NCBI GenBank assembly: GCA_038060895.1
Contig: JBBTCT010000001.1
Location: 1 to 64,000 of the forward strand
Origin: Planctomycetota bacterium
GTDB taxonomy: Bacteria; Planctomycetota; MHYJ01; WSZJ01
Length of the DNA stretch: 64,000 nt
Direction: 5' to 3'
Below the pieces are notes generated by a model. The model was not told where the DNA came from. It saw nothing but the letters and a program-made list of their open reading frames with translations, and ran no database searches. Of this stretch, positions 10,001 through 18,260 are shown piece by piece. Positions within the stretch are counted from its first letter, which is position 1. The number at the start of each line of letters is the position of its first letter. Position numbers and translations under genes: made by a program.

Positions 10001-11058
10001 CGCCGCCGGTCGATGGCTCGACGGAAGCGCGGCTCGCGAAGTGGGAACGGGCCGCCGACGGATCGTGGCAGCCGATTCCGCGCGGGTTTCGCGGCACGGT
10101 CAAGTCGCCGGGAGCCCTGACCGAAGCGAGGACCGACGCCCCGCGCAATTTCCGCTTCCAGTTCGATTACTGCGTCCACAGCGGGAAAACCGCCCGCTTC
10201 CGCGCCCGCGCGAACGGAGACTCGGGGCTCGACTGGCTCCTGCCGGCCGACCAGCCGGGAACGTGGCGGACGGTCGACGCGGTTGCGATTGAAGGCTTTG
10301 TCTTCGCGCGCGTCGACGGCGTCCTGGCACTCAAACCCGCCGGCGCTCCCCCGCCCAACGACGGCCGCTTCGCCCTCGGTCTCCCCGACGGCGACGTTTC
10401 GTTCCGCAATTTCCGCGTCCAGTCGTTCGCGAGCGGCCCCGTCGGCGACGAACCGCCGCCGCCTTGGATCGAAGCGCGCCCGGGCGGTCCCGGCCGCGTC
10501 CGGCCGCCGACTCCCGAGGGTTGGACGGAACTTTTCGACGGCCGCACGCTCGCGAACTTCATCAAGAAGGACAAGGTCTCGGTCTCGCTCGACGAAGGCG
10601 CGATCGTCATCGACCAGTCCGAGCTGCTGACGTCGAAGACCTGGAAGAGCGTCGAGTTCGAAGTCGAGTTCATGCTCGACCAGGCGGGACAGGTTTCCGC
10701 GGGATTGCGGGGCTCGTGGTTCGGGAAAGACGAGTGCGGCCCCGGAAAGCACCGCCTGTGGATGCGGAACGCTGGAGACAAGCTCGAGGCGAACATCGAC
10801 GGCCGCCCGCTGGGCGGAGTGAAGTGGAACCCGACGACCTCCGGGTGCGCGAAAATCAGGATCGACGGGACGCAGGGGCACGTGTTCAGCTTCCGCTGGC
10901 GCCCCGTCGCGGAGCCCGAAGTGGTCGATCGTCCGCCGGACCGGCCGCCCGACAAGCCGCCTCCGGATAAACCGCCGCCCGGCCAGCCGCCGCCCGGGAA
11001 ACCGCCCAAGGGCCCGCCGCCCGGGCCCGGTCCGGGGCCGGGGCCCAAGCCGAAGTAG
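7066..11058 (+). CDS. Large Ser/Thr kinase: Zn-ribbon, kinase, TM, coiled coil, lectin/DUF1080-like beta-sandwich region, Pro-rich tail
   Basis: CEGC..CGKC, LGRGGMGIVY, VAVK, HRDVKPQN, DFG, GTPSYMSPEQ, TM helix, GWTELFDG motif, PPxKPP tail. Confidence 0.9.
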   Translation: MIQAKPPGPGGMIGECEGCGSRFTIDPVVPGRKYRCGKCQGELRPVTDEFQVSAPRQPTAIDQIDIGKPGDRPPAAANSLLAGLVAESGPGASRALAAKKAKGQRLGKVDLIKELGRGGMGIVYLGREEELRRNVAVKVLLAGDDEKLRLRFLREARLVSKLRHPNIVAVHELGEEGGKAYFTMDFIEGGSLDARVKSGIAMRDLMQAVALVARALDYAHSQGLVHRDVKPQNILVTPAGVPYLTDFGLAREVESNTRLTMSGAVMGTPSYMSPEQATGGGAVDSRTDIYSLGAVLYEGLTGRPPFDGMDLLGLLAAIVNEDPVPPSKRNLNVPPDIETICLKALQKQKDRRYQTGAEMADDIERWLRGEAIAARRSGAVEKGANWLKRRPALVAGVGAGVLALLVITVIIRNSAASERQLAEQRDEEKKKADRRAKEFEEQTERDRIAFEGRIRDLEGRLSRAATPEEAEKIRRELAGMKGGSEWDALAARVAGLIAAPGYEFAAAISALEGWNPAAAVDQDHRSSKLREVREAAAKRFEAAEKEAVALENGGNAGQAADLWRLLERIGIPELAMKAKNARARIEAAPVVGGLPPEVAWLRLAIAARMRARDFEGARAMLDGAAGSAPAPELQELEWARAATQRFHDAARAAFTDPRGLKIATAAFETPVTVTGWSEKGVKVTKDSGSLAIVDYADIRPEELVRVASAAPESVALFWAFWDSPRLGKTAAERDEARGRNEKAARAFGIARVNALLEALREAVVAGGPREDFSRPFALEPSGSGASQRWSYDFSAPEQLRDWIAAAQKPEECQTGWGARVEGGRLRLVNATVGFPVLLDTPASLLVQFRSASPADRTILVFLDGYCCELRGGGEVLLRAPDGREMKTGRVSPLQAGQPFSVDLRLLDRNFAVVVGGQPALTADRGNEFAGGPTGVGSTRDAVLEIEQIELGGRAEAASADRWQAYRAYLGSIDTRRGTSPPVDGSTEARLAKWERAADGSWQPIPRGFRGTVKSPGALTEARTDAPRNFRFQFDYCVHSGKTARFRARANGDSGLDWLLPADQPGTWRTVDAVAIEGFVFARVDGVLALKPAGAPPPNDGRFALGLPDGDVSFRNFRVQSFASGPVGDEPPPPWIEARPGGPGRVRPPTPEGWTELFDGRTLANFIKKDKVSVSLDEGAIVIDQSELLTSKTWKSVEFEVEFMLDQAGQVSAGLRGSWFGKDECGPGKHRLWMRNAGDKLEANIDGRPLGGVKWNPTTSGCAKIRIDGTQGHVFSFRWRPVAEPEVVDRPPDRPPDKPPPDKPPPGQPPPGKPPKGPPPGPGPGPGPKPK

Positions 11059-11064
11059 CGGGCC

Positions 11065-13503
11065 CTACCTTTTCGCCAGCCGCAGCGCCCGCAGCGCCAT
11101 CGCCGCCCCGTAGTGGCGGCCGATGCTCGGGTTGTCGCAGAACCCGCCATCGGCCGTGCGCATGGCGAGGACATCCTCGAGAAGCGCATCCCGGTACTTC
11201 GCGCGCGCCCCGGCGGGGATTTCCGACAGCGCTTCCGCCGCGAATGCATATCCGAAGATCAGATAGTAAGAAGCGAGCCCCTCAGGAGAAGTGTGACAGA
11301 GGTTCTTCCCGCGCTCCCGCCGGTTGTGCTCGCGGAACTTCAGGTAGAGGTCGAGCGACTCGCAAACCCCCGGTACGTCGCATTTTCCCTCGCGCTTCAG
11401 GGCCATCGCATACAGCGGACTCCGAAGCGCCGCTTCCGCCTCTCGCCCCGCCTGGTTCGGTCCGGCCGCCGAGAAATAGGCGAACGCGCCATCTTTCTGT
11501 TTCGTGGAAGCCACGTATTCCGCCGCCTTCTCCAGCAGCTTCGCGGGAACGTCCGCCCCGGCGGCCTTCGCGTCGCGGAGGGCGCAGAGAGCCGCGGCCG
11601 TCACGAATCCGATCGATGCGCCCTCGCTTCCTTCGGCCTTGAAATAGGCCCATCCGCCGTCGGAGAAGCGGCCTTTGCGAAGCTCACCGACGATGTCGTC
11701 CATCGCCTCGACGATTTCCTCGTGGTCTCCGAACTTCGCGGCCGCGCACTCGGCGAGAAACCGCAGCGAGAAGATCTGTCCCCAGATCGTGTAGTCGAAC
11801 AGCCGGTCGGGATGCGTCTCGAGCGGGTTTTCCAGGACGAATTTCAGCGCGGACCGCACCGCGGCTTCCGCCTTCTTGTCCGCCTGATGCGGCAGGAGCG
11901 CAGACCCGGCGATCGCCGCGATCGCGACCCCGGGCGCGCTCTTCGGGTCCGCGAGGGAATGAGGTGACGGCCAGGAGCCGTCGCGCAACTGCGTCCGCAC
12001 GAGAAATTCGATGCCGTCTCGCTCCGCGCGGTCCGCCTCCGCGACAGGTTCCGGCGGCGACGTCATGCACCCCGCCAGCCGCGCCTCCTCGTGCCACGCC
12101 GCCCTGTCGAGCCCTGACCCCATTCCCTGGCCGCACATCATCGCCGCCGCGCGCCACGCCCAGCGGTCATCCGCGCGCCTGGCCACCAGCGCCTCAACTT
12201 CCGCCCGCACCGGCTCCAGCCCCTGCTGCATTCCCTTCGCCAGAGCGTGCCAGAACACCGCTTCCGGCTCCGCGTTCCCCGCAAGAAGCCGCTCGGCCTC
12301 CGCGAACTTCCCCATCCGGATCCGGATCACCGCCTCGTCCACGTCGATCCCTTTCGCGCCCCTTGCGCGCGCTTCGCCGACCGCCCTGAGCGCGTCGTCC
12401 CCCTTGCGCTGCCGGCGCAGCAGCGAAGCCTTAAGCCGCCACTCGTCTGCGGTTTTCGGCGACAAGAGAAGCGCCGCGGTCGCGTCGAGGTCGCCGCGTC
12501 GCAGCAGCATTTCCGCATTGCCGGCATCCTCAGGAGGCGCACCCGGGCGTTCCTTCAGCACGCCCCGCGCGAATTCGTCGAAGTAGAACGGGTCGTACGA
12601 AACGGCGTTCGCGACGACCGTTCCGTCTGAATCGGCGAAGAGAATCCCCTGCCCGAACGTGAACGGCCCGAGCCCGTACGTCGCCGGATCCTCGAACGGC
12701 GCGCCGCAGCGGTCGTTCCACTGGAATGCGACGAAGCGTTCCTTCATGAGCGCCACGACGTCCGTATCCATGAAGAGCGTCGACGGCGCATAGCGTTCGA
12801 TGTTCAGCCCGCGGTACTGCTCGACCACCACGACGACCAGCTTGTCCTCCTTCTTCGCCCGGCTCGCCGCCTCCTCCCACGATTTCGCCCAGCCGATTTC
12901 GCTGCCGCACCGCCCGGCGACTTCCTTCAGAAGCGCCTTCACCTTCGCGCCTTCGGCGTCCTTCAATGGAATGAATGCGAAGCTCTCGAGCGCAGCCGTG
13001 AACTCCCCTTCGAGTTCCTTGAACCGCGCAGCGCCCGCGGCGCACTGCACGATGAAATGCGAGCCGTGATGGACGAAGTAGTGCTGGCGCAGCGTGTAGG
13101 AAATCCCGCCCGACTCGTATTCGAACGCAAGCCAGGGAGCGCTTTCGCCGGCGACCTCGCGACTTCCCCGTCGAATCCCGGAACACCTCTGATCCTGCTT
13201 CCGCGCCTTCTCCGCAGCGTCCCGGGCCGCAGTCGCTTCCGTCACTCCCTGCAAGTCCGCGACGAAAACAGTGACACTTTCTTCCCCCGTCGCACCTTTA
13301 CGCCACGTCTTGAGCGTAAACCTCGTTCCGGGATACGGCGCGCCAACCGCCATCTCCCACTCTTCTCCGGGCTTCCGGATGCGGAATCCATGTTCCTCGT
13401 TGAGGTAGTCCTTCGCCTCTTCGGCGCCGGCCGGGATCAAAAGCGCCAGGGCGAAAAAAATCGCCCTGCGACCATTCGCCGGTTTCGACGCGGAAGATTG
13501 CAT
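11065..13503 (-). CDS. Secreted multidomain protein (thioredoxin-like domain without CxxC, TPR-like repeats, terpene-cyclase/prenyltransferase-like alpha/alpha barrel)
   Basis: Signal peptide; WAKSWEEAASRAKKEDKLVVV; repeated FL...Q..DGSW, DGGWAY, Q.DGAFAY and DGGF motifs. Confidence 0.6.
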   Translation of the reverse strand: MQSSASKPANGRRAIFFALALLIPAGAEEAKDYLNEEHGFRIRKPGEEWEMAVGAPYPGTRFTLKTWRKGATGEESVTVFVADLQGVTEATAARDAAEKARKQDQRCSGIRRGSREVAGESAPWLAFEYESGGISYTLRQHYFVHHGSHFIVQCAAGAARFKELEGEFTAALESFAFIPLKDAEGAKVKALLKEVAGRCGSEIGWAKSWEEAASRAKKEDKLVVVVVEQYRGLNIERYAPSTLFMDTDVVALMKERFVAFQWNDRCGAPFEDPATYGLGPFTFGQGILFADSDGTVVANAVSYDPFYFDEFARGVLKERPGAPPEDAGNAEMLLRRGDLDATAALLLSPKTADEWRLKASLLRRQRKGDDALRAVGEARARGAKGIDVDEAVIRIRMGKFAEAERLLAGNAEPEAVFWHALAKGMQQGLEPVRAEVEALVARRADDRWAWRAAAMMCGQGMGSGLDRAAWHEEARLAGCMTSPPEPVAEADRAERDGIEFLVRTQLRDGSWPSPHSLADPKSAPGVAIAAIAGSALLPHQADKKAEAAVRSALKFVLENPLETHPDRLFDYTIWGQIFSLRFLAECAAAKFGDHEEIVEAMDDIVGELRKGRFSDGGWAYFKAEGSEGASIGFVTAAALCALRDAKAAGADVPAKLLEKAAEYVASTKQKDGAFAYFSAAGPNQAGREAEAALRSPLYAMALKREGKCDVPGVCESLDLYLKFREHNRRERGKNLCHTSPEGLASYYLIFGYAFAAEALSEIPAGARAKYRDALLEDVLAMRTADGGFCDNPSIGRHYGAAMALRALRLAKR

Positions 13504-13545
13504 ACGGGAACTATACGGCCGGCGGGGCCTCCGCGTTTCATCCGG

Positions 13546-13584
13546 AGAGAAACAGAACCGCCCCGCGACGAAGCGGGGCGGTTC
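13546..13584 (-). terminator. Rho-independent terminator
   Basis: 12-bp stem GAACCGCCCCGC/GCGGGGCGGTTC followed on the minus strand by TGTTTCTCT, just after the DUF1326-like gene. Confidence 0.7.
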
Positions 13585-13607
13585 CTCACGGCACGCAGTC
13601 TGCCGTG

Positions 13608-14411
13608 CTACTTGTGGGCATCCTTGATCTGCTCCGTGTACGGACCCTTGTCGCCGTACGCCGCATTGGCGGTCCAGCATCCCCAGCCGCCGCCGGCGGC
13701 CTTCTTCTCCGGCGTCAGGTGGAACTCCGCGAAATTCGCCTGCCGTCCGGACAGGTTCCACGAGTACCCCGTCTCTTTATCCGTCAGCGTGTGCGTCACC
13801 GGCTCCATGTGCGTGAACGAATCTCCCCACGCATCCATGATCCCGGTGCTCCGGACCGGCTCCGTCCGTCCCGGGTTCACGATCGCCTGCGTCTTGAACT
13901 CCAGGATTCCCGGAATCGTAACCGTGCAGCCCCGCCCGTCCGCGTCCACCTTCGCCGTGAGCGGCACCTTGCGCATCCCGACAAATTTCCCGGCCAGGTG
14001 CGCCGCCTTGTCCCCCCACGATTTCACGTCCGCCGTCAGCATCTCCCCCAGCGCCTTGTACTGCGCTTCCGTCGCCGTGTCCGCGACGTAGACGTACACC
14101 CAGTTCTCCTTCGTGTCCTCCCCGAACCCCCGCCCCACGATTACCCACGTCATTCCCGACAGGTCCACGTCCCCCGCATACCCCTTGTCGATGTGCACGG
14201 CGTCCGTGTGGTCGCAGCCGTGGCAATGAAGCGGCTTCTTGTTCACCCGGCAGGGGCAGGGCGACCCGCAGCAGCAGCCGATCAGCCTCCACCCCTCCAG
14301 GTCGAACGCCGCTTTCACCGCCGGCTTGTCCGAAGACGATTCGTTCGAAGCGCAGCCGGCGTTCAGCATCGCCAGCGCCCCAAGAATGACTCCGGCACCG
14401 ATCTTCCTCAT
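13608..14411 (-). CDS. DUF1326-like Cys-rich metal-binding lipoprotein
   Basis: Lipobox NAG-C; GCCCGSPCPC..CHGC, HIDKG...VDLSG, AT.AQ..AL motifs; RBS GGAGG. Confidence 0.7.
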   Translation of the reverse strand: MRKIGAGVILGALAMLNAGCASNESSSDKPAVKAAFDLEGWRLIGCCCGSPCPCRVNKKPLHCHGCDHTDAVHIDKGYAGDVDLSGMTWVIVGRGFGEDTKENWVYVYVADTATEAQYKALGEMLTADVKSWGDKAAHLAGKFVGMRKVPLTAKVDADGRGCTVTIPGILEFKTQAIVNPGRTEPVRSTGIMDAWGDSFTHMEPVTHTLTDKETGYSWNLSGRQANFAEFHLTPEKKAAGGGWGCWTANAAYGDKGPYTEQIKDAHK

Positions 14412-14420
14412 GGTCCCTCC

Positions 14421-14446
14421 TTATCTATCTACGAGTAGGTTGATAA
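14421..14446. promoter_or_regulatory. Second TetR-type operator candidate
   Basis: TTATCTATCTACGAGTAGGTTGATAA is an imperfect palindrome resembling the site at 15047-15068. Confidence 0.5.
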
Positions 14447-14466
14447 CCCGGCCAGGAAAAGCAGGG

Positions 14467-15039
14467 TCACTTCGACACCGCATCCACCAGCCACTTCCCC
14501 GCCGACACAAGCCTCTCTTCGTCCCCGAACGCTCTCGCCGCCATCATCGCCCCCTCCAGAGACGAAAAGAACACCCGCGCCGCCGCCTCCGGTCCACCTT
14601 CGAACTCGAGCTCGCCGGAATTGCGTCCTGCCCACATCACCCCGGCCAGCCACCTCTCCGCCGCCGCGAAAAAGGATTTCACCTCCGCCTGGACGCCGGA
14701 GGGAAGCGTCGCAAACTCCGAAGCCAGCATCCCGCACAGGCACATCCGGTCTCCCTTCGAAAGCGCCGCCCGGAAGAGCTCCGCGAATGCGAGCAGTTTC
14801 CGGCGCGCGTTCCAGCGGCGGCGGTCGATGGTGGAAAGCACGGCGATGAAGCGCTCGTGATAGCGGCGCATGACCTCGCGGCCCAGATCACCCTTGGTGG
14901 GAAACCAGTAGTGGATGCTCGAAGTCTTCACGCCAACCCGCTTCGAGAGGTCGCGGAAGCTGAACGCGTTGTACCCCAGGGTCTGGGCGAATTCCTGGGC
15001 GGCGTCCAGAAGAGCATCCCGCGTTTCGGTGCTGGGCAT
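14467..15039 (-). CDS. TetR/AcrR family regulator (NemR/AcuR-like)
   Basis: GYNAFSFRDLSKRVGVKTSSIHYWFPTKGDL HTH; CLCGMLA motif. Confidence 0.9.
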   Translation of the reverse strand: MPSTETRDALLDAAQEFAQTLGYNAFSFRDLSKRVGVKTSSIHYWFPTKGDLGREVMRRYHERFIAVLSTIDRRRWNARRKLLAFAELFRAALSKGDRMCLCGMLASEFATLPSGVQAEVKSFFAAAERWLAGVMWAGRNSGELEFEGGPEAAARVFFSSLEGAMMAARAFGDEERLVSAGKWLVDAVSK

Positions 15040-15045
15040 GCGGCC

Positions 15046-15073
15046 AATCTACCTGTCGATAGGTAGATGTCAA
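15046..15073 (-). promoter_or_regulatory. Sigma70-type promoter overlapped by an operator palindrome; probably leaderless tetR mRNA
   Basis: Minus strand TTGACA(15073-15068)-16 nt-TAGATT(15051-15046)-6 nt-ATG. Palindrome ATCTACCT-gtcgat-AGGTAGAT at 15047-15068. Confidence 0.7.
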
Positions 15074-15352
15074 AGGATTGAAACCGCAGCAGCGCTTCCG
15101 CTTCGGCGCCGTCCGCTGCCAGCCTCTCCGCTTCGCCGCGCAGCCGCCGCCGCTCAACCGACATCGGCTTCCCCCCATGAGGCTCGGGCCCGCCGCCCTC
15201 CGGACGGGCGGCGGGACACTTTCGCAGCCCCGGACCGCGGATCCCCGGAAAACCAGCAGGCGAACTTTAGTGAAGCGCGATTCTGGTCGCCGCGCCCGCC
15301 GGGGCGTAACCTTTCCGGCGGCAGATCCCACCCAGCCGGAGGCGCCTGCGAC

Positions 15353-18250
15353 ATGCCGCGAGAACTCGGGCCCGTCGATGAGAAAGTGGCGGAGCTGGCG
15401 CACAAGTTCCAGCTCGCCACGCGTGACCAGATCGACAAGGCGATCCGGCTGTTCCCGGAAGAGCCGGGCAAAGACCTGGCCGAAGTGCTCGTCGCGCTCG
15501 GGGGTCTGTCGGTGGACCAGGCGCAGGCGCTTCGCGAAGTCTCGACCCCGTCTTCGCCGGCGGCGACGGTGGCAAATGCCGGCGGAGTTTCGCAGACCGC
15601 TCCGATTGCTTCCGCCGGGTCATTCCCGTGGGGGCTCCGGCCGGCCGACATGCCTTCGGCGCGGTATTCGCTCAAGGAAGAAATCGGCCGCGGCGGACTC
15701 GGCCGCGTCGTCGAGGCGGTCGACCACGTCTTCAACCGGACCGTCGCCCTCAAGCTCCTCGTGACGAACGTCGAGCGGTCCATTCTCGACCGGTTCAAAT
15801 ATGAAGCCCTGATCACCGGACGGCTGGACCACCCGCACATCGTCGCAGTGCACGACATGGGCGTGCTGGCGGGATCGCGCGACGCGTTTTTCGCGATGAA
15901 GCGGATTCACGGCGACGACATGTCGAAGATCATCAAGCGGAAATCATGGCCGCAGCGTCGCCTGCTTGAGGCGTTCCGCGACATCTGCCTGGCGATCGCG
16001 TACGCGCATTCCCGCGGCGTGGTGCATCGCGACCTGAAGCCCGCGAACGTGATGCTCGGAGACTACGGCGAGGTTTTTGTCGTGGACTGGGGACTGGCGC
16101 GCTCCATGCATTTCGAGGCGCCCGGCGAGGCGATCGTCGACGGGCCCGACGCGACCGGGATGGAGCCCTCGCGCCTGACGCTTGCGGGGTCCATCATCGG
16201 AACGCCCCAGTACATGTCCCCCGAGCAGGCGCAGGGGCAGATCGAGGCGGTTGACGAACTCAGCGATGTCTACAGCCTGGGCGCGATCCTCTACCAGATC
16301 CTGAGCGGCCGCGCTCCCTTCGACGGCGAAGACGCCCGCGCCGTCATCAGGAAGGTCCGCTCGGAGCCGCCCGTTCCACCCTCGCAGTTTGCAACCGTCG
16401 ACGCGCAACTCGAGGCGATCTGCCTCAAGGCCCTCGAAAAGGACCCGAAGGCGCGCTTCCCCGGCGCGCGCGCCCTCGCCAACGAAGTCGATGCGCACCT
16501 GGAGGGCATCCGCGACCTGGAGCATCGTTCGGGGATCGCGCAGAAACACATCGAGGACGCCGAGCGGCTGGCGAAGGAATGGAAGAGCGTCCTGGAGGAG
16601 TGGCGTGCGGTGCGACTGGAGCGGGAGCGGTCGCGCGAGAGTCCGGGATACAAGGAGGGACTGCAGGCGCTTCGCTCCGGCTGGCAACTCGAGGACAAGC
16701 TGGAGTCGCACGCGCGGCGCGGGCTGGAGCTTTTCCATGAAGCCGACATCAAGATCGGCTCGGCGCTGTCCGTTCTGCCGGGGCACGCGCAGGCGCGGCG
16801 GATGCGGGCGACGCTCTACTGGGACAAGTTTCTGCTGGCGGAAGAAGAAGGAGACCAGCGCGGAATGCTGGGCGCGCGACGGGTGCTCGAGGCGGTGGAC
16901 GACGGGACGTACTCCGCGCAGACGCGGGGAGAAGGAACGCTCTGCGTCGAGACGCTGGCGTGGCGATGCCCGTGCCTGAGCGCGGGACGCCGGATGAACG
17001 AGGGAGATTTCGCAATTCTCGGGCACGACCCGACGGCGGGCAAACGCCTCGCCACGGCGGATCGGGAACGCGGGGGGACGCAGGTCCACCGCCCGCGATT
17101 TCTCAAGGTCCACGGCGACATGTGTCCGCGGGTGCCGTCCGCGGGAACCGAAGTGTGGCTGTACCGCAACCTGGAAATCGACCGCGTGCTGATTCCGTCG
17201 GGCGAAGGAGTCGATCCGGCGCTCAACCCGGAGCTCGCGATCCGTCGCCTCTTTCCCGAGAACTCATTCAAGCCTCGCGGGATCCCGACGCTCCTCGGTA
17301 AAACGCCGATCCGGGATCTCCGGGTCCCGGTCGGGGCAGGGCTTCTCGTCCTGGTCGCCGAAGGCCGCGAACCGGCCGCCGTTCCTTTCAGCATCGGCCG
17401 CGGCGAACGCGTCGAAATCAGCGCGACGCTGTTCTCGCCCGGCGAAATTCCCCATTCGGGGCGACTCGTCACTTGCCCGCCCCGGCGAAGCGCCGCGCTT
17501 CGCCCCCAATCGCGGCTCGAGGAAGAGTCCGGGCTCGACGGCGAATTCTTCGTCGAGCGCTTCCCCGTCACCTGTCGCGAGTATGCCGAGTTCCTCAATT
17601 CCGTCGCGGGCGAAGCCCCGCGTGAAGCGATGAGGCGCGTGCCGCGGGCGGCGGAGTCTTCGGATTTCTACTGGCAGGAAGACGGTCGCGGCCGGTACTC
17701 GGTGCCCGTCGAGCACGGCGTCGCGGGCGACGGATCCGGCGAGGGCCGCGACAACTGGCGCGAAGACTGGCCGGTCATCGGCGTGTCGTGGGACGACGCG
17801 ATGGCCTTCGCGCGCTGGAAAACCGAAAAGGAAGGACGACTGTGGAGCCTTCTGCCGGAAGCGCTCTGGCAGAGGGCCGCGCAGGGGGAGGACCGGCGGC
17901 CGTTCCCCTGGGGCGAAAAGCGGATCGCCTGGTTCTCGCACAACCTCGAATCCGCGCAGGGACACCAGCGCCCCGAGCCGGCCGGCGCCCGCCCCTTCGA
18001 CGAGAGCCCCTTCGGCATCCGCGACATGGCCGGCAATGTTTCGGAGTGGTGCCTCGACGAGGTCGCGGAGGTCGGGCAGGGGCTCAAGCTCGCGCGCGGC
18101 GGAAACTGGTCCACGTCGCACCTGAGCGTGGACTGCACCACCCGGCTCGTGGGCCGGGCGGATCTCGTGCACCCGACGATCGGCTTCCGGCTCTGCGCCC
18201 CGGCGTGCCTGCCGATCAAGAAGCGGCGCCCGGTCGTCGTTGGAAGTTGA
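15353..18250 (+). CDS. Ser/Thr kinase fused to FGE-sulfatase (SUMF1-like) domain
   Basis: IGRGGLGRV, HRDLKPAN, DWG, GTPQYMSPEQ; C-terminal PVT..EY..F, PV..VSWDDA, SPFGIRDMAGNVSEW, RGGNW, IGFRL. Confidence 0.9.
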   Translation: MPRELGPVDEKVAELAHKFQLATRDQIDKAIRLFPEEPGKDLAEVLVALGGLSVDQAQALREVSTPSSPAATVANAGGVSQTAPIASAGSFPWGLRPADMPSARYSLKEEIGRGGLGRVVEAVDHVFNRTVALKLLVTNVERSILDRFKYEALITGRLDHPHIVAVHDMGVLAGSRDAFFAMKRIHGDDMSKIIKRKSWPQRRLLEAFRDICLAIAYAHSRGVVHRDLKPANVMLGDYGEVFVVDWGLARSMHFEAPGEAIVDGPDATGMEPSRLTLAGSIIGTPQYMSPEQAQGQIEAVDELSDVYSLGAILYQILSGRAPFDGEDARAVIRKVRSEPPVPPSQFATVDAQLEAICLKALEKDPKARFPGARALANEVDAHLEGIRDLEHRSGIAQKHIEDAERLAKEWKSVLEEWRAVRLERERSRESPGYKEGLQALRSGWQLEDKLESHARRGLELFHEADIKIGSALSVLPGHAQARRMRATLYWDKFLLAEEEGDQRGMLGARRVLEAVDDGTYSAQTRGEGTLCVETLAWRCPCLSAGRRMNEGDFAILGHDPTAGKRLATADRERGGTQVHRPRFLKVHGDMCPRVPSAGTEVWLYRNLEIDRVLIPSGEGVDPALNPELAIRRLFPENSFKPRGIPTLLGKTPIRDLRVPVGAGLLVLVAEGREPAAVPFSIGRGERVEISATLFSPGEIPHSGRLVTCPPRRSAALRPQSRLEEESGLDGEFFVERFPVTCREYAEFLNSVAGEAPREAMRRVPRAAESSDFYWQEDGRGRYSVPVEHGVAGDGSGEGRDNWREDWPVIGVSWDDAMAFARWKTEKEGRLWSLLPEALWQRAAQGEDRRPFPWGEKRIAWFSHNLESAQGHQRPEPAGARPFDESPFGIRDMAGNVSEWCLDEVAEVGQGLKLARGGNWSTSHLSVDCTTRLVGRADLVHPTIGFRLCAPACLPIKKRRPVVVGS

Positions 18251-18260
18251 GCGACTCGCG

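Noticed and set aside
10925-11055. CCG-rich tandem-like repeats
   Set aside because: They encode the Pro-rich tail of the kinase; no CRISPR-like repeat-spacer periodicity.
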